Assembly: GCA_050230475.1 (NCBI GenBank)
Contig: JBFLGF010000135.1
Location: forward strand, 59,144-79,143
DNA: 20,000 nucleotides
DNA from: Ancylonema sp.
Lineage: Eukaryota
Direction of reading: 5' to 3'
Made by a program: the position numbers and the translations under genes. Shown here piece after piece: positions 10,608 to 20,000 of the stretch. The notes beneath the pieces were generated by a model. It made no database searches and was not told where the DNA came from. It was given only the letters and a program-made list of their open reading frames with translations. Every line of letters starts with the position of its first letter. Position 1 is the first letter of the stretch.

Positions 10608-12494
10608 TCACATTGAAAATGCGTAGCTTCTCGTCTGCGGCAGCATTAACTTTGTTGACTTGCCCCGTTTGTAGTATAAAACTCCATCCTCCCCTTTCAT
10701 ACGGAGATTTGACAGGTGGCCCCGCGGTGCCAATTCAATCTTTCCATTGCCGAAATCTTCAGTACCGAATTGGGTGGATTCCAGGGTCACTGTCTTTCGC
10801 GAGGCCACTTGTAGCACCTTCACCCTTGCTTTAGTCACCCACAACTCAACCAACTTCGGCATGTTCACTACAACTCTTTTCATCGCAACTCTATCTATGT
10901 CCAATGCTCTAATTTGATCTTGCGATAGCACTACCTCCCCTTCCTTCATCGAGACTTCCAAAATCTGTAGATATCGCAAGTTTGGTAGCACGCATAGAAC
11001 TGCCGGTAAACGCGACACGTCATTAAATCCATAAACGTGCAGGTCTGTAAGTTTCGGACAATTTACTTCAATTACAGGCAGCTCTGCAAGCGTCTCCTCT
11101 TCTCCACTCCAATGCAAAGCCAACTTGGTCAAGCTACTACATGTGAGGCGCATCGAATCATGTGCAATATTTATCAGGATGAATTCCTCCAGCGTCTCAT
11201 GACGAAAATCTAGGGATCCATATTCATCACCCTCCACATCCGTAGGGCAAATCAACCTTGTAACACTCGCGCTTTTGACCTTCGGACATGAGGAGGGGAG
11301 ACACTAAAAAAAGTGCATCTCGGTTGTTCTTCCTTGAAGCTCTAGATACTCGAGGGAGGGGCAAGCAAGCCTAGGAGGACCGCCGCCGAGGTCTACTATG
11401 TCAAGCGATCTTAACTTATGATGGCCGAAATTCACATTCATGTCAAACCCAATGGAACCCTGAAGAGTGAGGCTCTCTAGATCCTTCAACGCAGAGAGGA
11501 CTCCGGTCGAAAATCCGAAGCAATCTTCCACCACGAGTGCTTGAAGAGAAGTGAATCGAATGAGAGAGGTGAAAAGCATTGGGTCATGGCAGCAAACATG
11601 AAGACTTTTGATATCTGGGGCGCATATAGCCATGGTATCGAGTACCACCCGCGTCCTGTGCAGCGTCGACAAATGGAGGTTGATGAGCCGCGGGCAGTTG
11701 AAGGAGGGTATGTGATTTCTTACTTCTACTCGAGTAGCACGATCGTTGGGACCACTAGTGGCGAGATGGGTGAGATTTGGGCACTCGACTATGAAAGGCC
11801 GATCTTTAGAATGCGGGATTCTCAAAGTCTCCAGTTTCTCATGGCGAATATGCACGGGGTCTCCACCCAAACAATCCCCCACCACGAAGAGCCCCCCGAG
11901 GTTGGGGCACTTTAAGAGAAGACGAGAGAGGAGGGCCGGATGAACACCCTCGACTGGGAGCTCTATACGCCTTAGACTCGATCCCACCACCTCGACCACC
12001 CGCTCGATGTGCTTTGGGCTCCGTGCCAAAGATTCACACAAATGAACTTCCTCTGCCGCTTCTATCACCCTACGAATCATCTCGTTCTCCTTCCTACCAC
12101 CGCCCTCTTTCGTCTCTACCCCCAACTCCCACTCCGAGAACACTTCCACCTTCCTCCATAGCACACGTGCTTCCCTCACGACCTCCTCCAAGTGCCTACT
12201 CACTAACATCACCTCAAACAAATCTTCTTGGGGGAGATGCTTGAAGACTTCTACCAAAATGTCTGCACCCAGCTTTCCAAATTCCTTCTCCTCTCTCTCC
12301 ACTCCATTCCCACCCCCCAACTGGAGCCCAATCTCTTGTGACCCCGCCACCATTCCCGACCCCCCCGCCCGGACGCCGACTTCCATATTTAATCCCTGGC
12401 GCACTCCATCTGACAGATCCCCGACATCCCTCTCCACCCTATCTTCCACAAACTCAGCCCTTCCTGACAGGGTCGGCTTCGTTGCACCGTCCAT
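10608..12494 (-). pseudogene. F-box/LRR protein gene interrupted by one in-frame TAG (probable pseudogene or null allele)
   Basis: F-box motif FGKLGADILVEVFKHLPQEDLFEVMLVSRHLEEVV...LWRKV followed by cysteine-containing LRR units (CPNLGGL, CPNLTHL, CPRLINL, CPSLEYL, CPKLTDL). ORFs 11304-12521 and 10608-11255 share a frame and are separated only by TAG at 11304-11306. First ATG at 12494, final TGA at 10608; an upstream exon is not excluded. Confidence 0.8.
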
Positions 12495-15402
12495 ACCCCA
12501 AATTTGGTTGCGGACCCGCAATGACCTGACCAGAAATGCTGTGCGAAGTCAATGATGATGAACCATATTCTCCTGCATCACAAGGAAGGCTGTCCACTTA
12601 CATTCAGAATAAAAAGAAAGTCACGGGCTCAGCACAAAACCCTGTGAAACGTGGCCTTTCATACAGATTTTAAGTGCATTCTAAGCGTGAGAGGGCTATT
12701 AAGACAACGCTGACAGAATATCATAATAGACTTTCCATGGCTGACAGCCGTAATTATTAATTACAGACCTCATCTCTTGGAGATGTATTCTAATCAAAAT
12801 AACACCGGGAGCTGCCATGGCCGAATTGCTTATTTCTACTCCATAGTGCCAACGTAGTTTTCAAGACATCCAGTCCTTCAATTCAGGCAGATGCGGATGC
12901 TGATTCAAAAACTCGAAAACCTCAGCATCATCTGCAAAAATCGCAGATTCACTCACCCTGGGAGGGTCAGCTGCAAGAATCACATACGACAATCCACGTC
13001 TCTGTCTTCAGGTATCGCGAACTGCTTCAAGAAACGGGGCAGATAAGGTCAATCTCGAGCCGAAATTTTGGCACTATATGCGTGACAGAGATAAAACTAC
13101 GGTTGACTGATGACGCTGTCGTCAACACCGCATCAACAGGAGAAGAGTTGCACGCCAAGTGCAAGCCTGCCCAAGCTTATCAAACTGCGCATCTATTAGT
13201 ACGACAGCGTACCAACGAGGGGCATTTACGAAGTTGGAAGCGAAGTTGAGCACGCAAATAACCGTTTGCAACAATACCGAAGGAAATCGGTAACCGGCGA
13301 TTGGTGAGCGGTCGGTGAGCTTATGGTTAGCCTCCGCAAGCTCACTTTCCAAACGGCAAGCCGTTCAGTCCAGTATCCCTCGTAATAACGAACCTCAAGC
13401 TTCAACGAGGGATTTTCCAGGGATGATAATTTCGGCCCTAGACTGCTCTCTGGCGGTTTATCAACTTTAAAAACCACAATTAGGGGTTTCCCTTAAATTG
13501 CTAAATTGCTAAGGTAGACATGCTTTTTGGATCTCTTGGTAATTTTAAACACAATGGTGCCCCTAAAAACGTGTCATTCCAATGACGAAATCTTTTGGAA
13601 ACATAATTATGAAATGACAAATCGGGACTCACCACCTTTGAAAGACCATGTGCGACCACATTCAATATACCTTGCATGTTTGATCTCCTACATCATTTAG
13701 ATACAAAAAACCTATTTTCCTAGCAACTCTTTGAGCGTATGGCACATTTAGAAAGCTTGGAGAGAGAACAAAACAGTCAGTGTCTACAATGTTGAGAAAA
13801 ACCAAAGCATCGAAGTGATTCACAAAGAAAGAAACTTTGGAAGCATCGCTAGTTACGTTACCATTTTTCAACGTAGTACATCGCCACGTTTTCTCAACAA
13901 ATTGGCACTGACTTTCTAATGGACAACCACAAACGTGGACAAATAATATAATAAGAGCATTTTGGCACCACAACTTGGAGGGGGGAAATCGTGTGTAAGG
14001 CAACGGTCGTGCAAGGAAATTGATGGCATTTATTGAATTATCCAAACAAAACTTACATCGCTAGATCATCATCTCCTACAAAGTGATGCATGTTTCATCA
14101 TTCAAGATCACAAGTGCTGACACTAATATTTACAAAAGCTTCCCTTTCATCAAGGGGCCAGCCGCGCTTTTGAGATGCCTGTCATTCAGTGTCGCTTATA
14201 GAAGCGTCTGTTAATAACGTTTTGGTAAGAGGCAACCTTCCCCCCCCCCCCCTCGCAGAACAATTTAGGCCCTAAATTGAAGGTTAGGGGGTGGAATGCC
14301 CTTGAAGTGAAGTTTATATTTAGGGGTTTTAAGGGGTACTTTCTCGGCGTGCCCTTACTATGCTTTTGTAATTACAGTCTAAATACCCCTAATGACGAAG
14401 AGGGTTTTTAGACGTGCGATCCTTGATTCCTTGCCTCCAAACAATGTTTTTTTTCCCCTAAAACTTATCAATATTTCTGCATAGAACGCTATTTTACGCA
14501 GGTAACGATGCTTAGAAAACCGATAACAATTGGCTCAAGGTCGATGTTGGTGTTTGGTTAGTGTGTGGATTTGTTGTTGGTGACGAGCTTGTTATCTATA
14601 TCTAATCACGGGACTGTACACAAAATAAGTTTGATTGTTTTGCGATTTGAATCATATTGTGATTTGGATTATATTATATGATAATAAAAAGGTGTACTTT
14701 TTTGCCTTGTTTCACACTTCGGAACATGTATGTGGTTTTCTTTACGACGTGTGTTGGTGTGCCTTGCCTACCGAAATATTGTCCATGGTGTCCATGTCCA
14801 TTTATTTTTTTGCTTGTCTAGGAAAGTAGTAAGTACTTCGTTGCTTCGTTGCCTCGTTTCTTCGTACAACTATTAACAATCATCCGATGATCCGTATAAG
14901 ACGTTTAAATACATTTTTATACATGCCATGCATTGTCTCATTACGCACTTGTATAGCTCGTATAACAAAATACTTAATGAATTGGATGAATATTGTGAAA
15001 GTTCATTATCCAAGTTCATTGTTAAACTGTAGCTTGTTCTTCACGGCTAAATTATTTCCGTGTAAGTTGCATTTCATCCTTCGAGATTCTTGTTGAGTTG
15101 TTCCATCTTGTTGGCGCACTTGTGCACATCATGTGCACGTGTGTAATTCCATGATTATCAGATGATGTAGGGATTGCGACACTCGTCAACCAGACATAGA
15201 AAATGAGGTTACTACACACGAATTCAAAAGTGCATTTATTTCCATTGCGAACAACAATACAAGAAGAAAATTCGTCAACGTCGAAGGCTACCCATGATCA
15301 AGCCAAATCGAATTTAGTGCATAAGTCATATCCCAACTAAGGCAGCGCCACGTACACACACATGTCATTGGGCCGATGTTACTTCAAAAACTACACACGA
15401 AT

Positions 15403-18400
15403 CTACTCTCTCTTCTTCACGCTCTTGTCCTTATGATACAAGAAAACGAATCCGAGAACAAAGAAACCCGTCATCTGTACACCCCCCACATACGATCATA
15501 TTGAGTTGAGCACTTCTTGGATCTAAGTTTGTTGATTCCTATCGGGTAAGTGACCTCACTCTCAAAAACATTTAAAGGCCCGGACGTAGACAGGAGTACG
15601 AGGGTAAGTTCGGAGTTCGATGTACAAAAGACTGGGATGTAAGCAACATCGTTGTTTAGAGAATCATTGAACTCGTTAATAAGACTACTTATGATTTTTA
15701 CGCTAGAGTACTTCATATATGATGATGTATACATGAAGCATTTTTTATAAGGAACATGTTCCTAAGCTTACATTACTTGTGTTATTTTTCTTCTATCAAG
15801 GTTTAACATTGATTGACTAAAAAACAAAAAAAACATAGGACATGCCACAACCGTATCCACTTTGCAAGATACATGCACCTGTTATAAAGTAACCATAAGT
15901 TACATACCATCGAGAATGCGCTTGTGTAATACGGATAAGCGGAAGGAATGAAGCGCTCGTACTCGTCATGTCGAAACGGGCGGACGGGGATCTGTTTAAA
16001 TAAAACAAAGACATGGAATTGAAGATGGGATTAAAAATAGGGAAAATTATCTTAGATATGATTGAAATGCTCTTTGCTCTCTGATATTAAAGACATGCTC
16101 TTTTTATTGGAAGTGAAATGAGGATGATGTTCGAGATCGAATCTACCCCCTCCCCCCCCAAAAACTCCCCTCCCCAATAGTAGTTGAATCCTTCACCTGT
16201 TTTGTTAACTGAAGCGCGGTGTACCCCAGTCTCTTATACTCCACCTTAAACTGAAACACTCCATACACGTCCGGGACTTGGAGGTCGGTCGAAAACACAC
16301 CCTGCAAATGGGGCAAGGGAATGTATAAAAAATAAAAAATAAAATTAGGGGGAAGAGTGGGTAAGAAGAGTGGACATCGAAATGAGCTCTAGTCTCCCCG
16401 AAAAACAGAAAAATATATGTTGCTTTTTGCAAGGTAAAAAACGACCTCGTTTCAATACTTTGCAGGACGCTGAATGGAAAGCAATAGCAGATAAGATAAG
16501 ATCGGCATATCAAAACGTCGGGCTGGTAAGACAAATGTGTTTCACAAATCATGTTCTGCCCCTCACATATTGAACCCGACAACTATGACCCTAATAACTG
16601 CCCTCTGCACTCACTGCCATAAGCCCCAACCCATCCCAAAAACCTGAACCCCAAACCCTGACTTCCTCCCCGGATAGGGCCTCACCTTCTCCTCATGCGA
16701 GAGTGTTTTCAACACGTATGGGCTCATCATGTAGAACTGCACTTGCACGTCCTTGGCTTTGTACGGCTGCCAGCAGTCACCACTCCACTCGAGGATCTCC
16801 ACCTCAAAGTGCTGCAAGGACCCCAACGCCAGCTGTCAGCGGCTGACTGGACTGCCATTCCACCAACCAACCAACCAACCAGGGCATGCCACCTGTCCAC
16901 TGCGGCCCATTTCAAGTTCAGTAAACCAAACACCCCCCACCCCCCGTTTTCTTTCCGACTGCCTCCGTCCCCCCCCCACCCCCCCTGCCTCCCCCCCCCC
17001 CCCCCCCACCTTCCCCTCCCCACCCATACTTCAGTATCAGAGGGGGAAGGGGGGGGGGGTTGGGGTGCTTGCCAGGTGGTCCGTGATTCTGTACACGGCC
17101 GGTTCCTCTTCTTCCCCCTTCTTGTAGTGACTCAGCGATCCCGCCTTCAGGTGGCCCCTCTCGTGGAAGGCCCAGAGGGACAGCTGGAGCGCCACGTCGG
17201 CGTTGGCACTCTGCTCGCCTTTGTCCAAATCGAGCTTCATAAACCTGAGGAAGGGGGGAGAGGGTCACTACTGGTGCTACCTGTACTACTACTACTACTA
17301 CCACTACTACAACTACTACTACCACTACTACAACTACTACTACTACTACAACTACTAGTACTACTACTCCTACTACTGCTACTACAACTACTACTATTAT
17401 TACAACTACTACCATTGATACTACTACTAGTACTACTAGTACTACTGTTTCTACCATACTACTACATTTTAGCCCAAAGGCCCCGGGTGCCGCCAGGTGG
17501 CGGTACACAATGTCAGGTGCCACCAGGTGATGCCACATGGCGCCACATGACAGGGTGGTAGGTCTGTATGCACGGCAATTCACCTGTTGCTAAACAACTC
17601 CAGTGATCCTGAGATGATGACCCTGGCGTCGTTCCTGGCCTGCATGCCCGAGAGGAGCGCGATACTCTTTCCGTGTTGAGCGGGGGGGGCGGTGAGGATA
17701 GACCCCGGGGGGGCAGAATAGGCGCTTTCGGTGGGGGAAAGGATAGGGAACACCTGGAGGGACGGGGGGAGAGGGGTCGGTGGACGTATGGCAACTGCAA
17801 GTATTTTTTTGGGTTTTTATAAGTTTTTTGGGTTTTTTTTGTTTTGTTTATTTGGGTGTTTTTCTGTCGTGTTTTTCTAAGCTACACTTTATGCGGCAGT
17901 TCACCCCCAATCCACCCAACAACACCCCAGAAAAAAAAGATCAGGATACAAACGACCAAGTACTAGAGCACCAGAAGAAATTCCCGTCACTACAACCCAT
18001 TCTCCTCCCTTCCAATCACCAATCGCACAACAACACCTGACCGAACACTGCAAAATCTCCAAACAGAGACCCAGAGCCCTGGCAACCAGAGCCTGAACCC
18101 TGGAACCCCTGGACTCCTCCCATTCCCCCATGTCCCCCGGGTACCTCCTCCCCTCCAGAAGACTCACCAGTTCTGATGTAGGATTGATTGTCATCCCCAC
18201 CCCTCTAAACAGTACTGGACCCTGTATATAACCCCCCCACCCACCCTTATTAGAGTCAACACCCCTCTCGTCCCCAACTGATCGAATGGTCGATATACAT
18301 ATGGACAAGTACATCATCTTAAGAAATCACAGGGCGGAAAATATAAAGAGTATCTGAAAGCCCAATGATGGCCTCTATTAAGCGCTCATCATAAATGGTT

Positions 18401-19893
18401 GCGCGGGAAAAGCCAGAGCCACTTCCCACCCCATACCCCCCCCAGCCCCCATCTCCCCCCCCTCCTGTCCGCCCTACCTTGATTTTCTTGGGTCCCAAGA
18501 TGCTTTTTGAGTCGATTAGATTCCCCGCCTTGATCAACGTGTGGGTGATGTCCTCAGGAGTCGCCCAGTGTTGGTGGTCAATCACCATGGACTCCAAATT
18601 CTGGGGTTGGGGTTCAGGGTTCAGGGTTCAGGGTTCAGGGTTCAGAGTCCAGGGTTCAGGGTTCAGGGAACGAAGTGAGGTAAGCTTTTCGTGTTAGGAC
18701 AGGCCAGTTAGAGGAGAAGAGGTAGCTGTATCCTAACGTATCCTAACGTACAGACTCATCTCATGTATTTATCTTCGGTTTCATACATTTGAATTCTTAC
18801 ATTTGGGAGTAAGAGATGGCGAATTTGAAGGAGGGACACGAGAAGAAGATCTTAGATCTAGGGGAATGTGGCCTGCGACACGTTGGAGGTGACGTCAGCA
18901 TGCCCTGGTTTGCTGACCTCATCGAAATCGACTCCACATTCAACGGCAATGTCCCGCGTGTAGTCCCCCATATCCACCCCACCCGCCAAAATGAGGTCGT
19001 GCCCGGCATCCACGAACTCCAAAATCGAGTTCACATCGAGGCCCATCGACACCTCTGTTCGTTTTAACGAAAAACGGACAGACAGGGAGAGGGGGTCACA
19101 CGTGGTTTGCGGGGTTTGTTGGAGATAGATTTCGGGTATCTTGCATAGAAGGATCTATGACTACGGGATGAGACTTACACATCTTTATGGGTGAGATAGA
19201 CTTTCTAAAAAGAGATGGAATGAGTTCTGATGTGGGAAACGGATCCAGGTGGCGGGATGGGATTGGCTCACCCTCAGTGTCAGGGGCGAAGATGATAGCG
19301 GCATCGTAGAAATAGACGCCGTACGAGTGGAGAACGAGGGACTCGTTATTCAACAGTCCAAAGTCAACGGTGAACCCTTTTGCTGTAACAAAAACGCGAA
19401 CGAATCAGGACCATATTAGAGGACACATAGCATTATAGCAATCAGCTGATCGTGAGACTGGAATACGCATGTCGCTATTTTATGCGAGTTTGGAAGATTG
19501 GCAGGGGAAACGTTTGATGCTATATTTGGTGAACGTTTCAAAATCACCATATTTTCGGACGACATAGATCCTAATGCATGCTTTCAGGAAGAGCTGTGGA
19601 ATGAAGCATGACGTCGAGTCAGACTGGCGGGAAGAGATGCCCACAAAGTAGCCAAATTTGCAGCTCGGAATTCCGTGTAAGAGCAATGTGAGAGAGAATT
19701 ACGGGCTAACCGGGTCACCGACGTTAATACACTCACCTCTGAGGGATTCAATGTACATGGAGTGCGTGTACTCAATCGCCGCGTCCTGCGCGAGCAAAAT
19801 AACCTTCTTGCTGGACGGATTCTCGACATCGAAAGCTTGGCAACTCAATGCGGCTGTCAGAAGAAGGAATACGATACTCCGAACGGGAGCCAT
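15403..19893 (-). CDS. OST48: Dolichyl-diphosphooligosaccharide--protein glycosyltransferase 48 kDa subunit (OST48/DDOST/WBP1/DGL1), 11 exons, 436 aa
   Basis: Exons 19893-19737, 19382-19272, 19054-18918, 18600-18478, 18221-18168, 17753-17584, 17244-17073, 16811-16686, 16301-16197, 15991-15908, 15474-15403 sum to 1311 nt in frame. Signal peptide [20 protein letters not shown]; motifs [73 protein letters not shown]-terminal TM helix and KKRE-stop (KKxx ER retrieval signal). Confidence 0.97.
16812..17072 (-). other. GC-AG intron (OST48 intron 7)
   Basis: Continuity [16 protein letters not shown] requires donor CTG|GCAAGC and acceptor TTGCAG|CAC; no GT is available at that position. Confidence 0.85.
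17267..17465. repeat. (TAC)n/(GTA)n microsatellite in OST48 intron 6
   Basis: About 200 bp of imperfect ACT/TAC repeats; source of the poly-Leu and poly-Val ORFs in the track. Confidence 0.95.
18610..18668. repeat. (GGGTTCA)8 telomere-like heptamer array in OST48 intron 3
   Basis: Seven perfect GGGTTCA units plus one GAGTCCA unit. Confidence 0.92.
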
Positions 19894-20000
19894 CGCAGCC
19901 GAAGCCCTTACAACACTCCGGACCTGGTGTAGTGGAAAAATGTAGGATTCGGAGAGAGCTTCCAAAAAAAAACCCAAAAAAAACCCAGAAGTCCAGACTG

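Noticed and set aside
11304..11306. TAG/TAA reassigned to Gln (as in Dasycladales, Cladophorales, Trentepohliales) explaining the F-box internal stop
   Set aside because: OST48 ends KKRE-TAG, leaving a proper terminal KKxx signal, and its 436 codons contain no internal TAA/TAG; TAG functions as stop here.
11541..12555. + strand ORFs opposite the F-box gene
   Set aside because: Antisense shadows with no recognisable motifs.
16695..17583. 288-aa (+) poly-Leu and 221-aa (-) poly-Val ORFs
   Set aside because: Artefacts of the (TAC)n microsatellite and G/C runs within OST48 introns, overlapping real exons.

Overview
Eukaryotic nuclear DNA, probably green-lineage (plant-type OST48, tRNA-iMet-primed retroelement, TGTAA motifs after a stop), read in the standard genetic code. 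Left to right: (1) right end of a probable hAT-type non-autonomous DNA transposon (1-889); (2) a three-exon + strand gene missed by the ORF track (1542-2682) encoding an 82-aa protein that matches only the N-terminal ribosome-binding segment of PDCD4/plant MA3-domain proteins, with no MA3 domain; (3) a complete but decayed Ty1/copia LTR retrotransposon on the - strand (3516-8924) that seems nested in an older PBS-bearing element; (4) a 569-bp TA-flanked MITE (9451-10019); (5) an F-box/LRR gene broken by a single in-frame TAG (10608-12494, -); (6) a complete 11-exon OST48/DDOST gene (15403-19893, -) with a GC-AG intron and repeat-rich introns. All calls are from manual reading; no searches were run.
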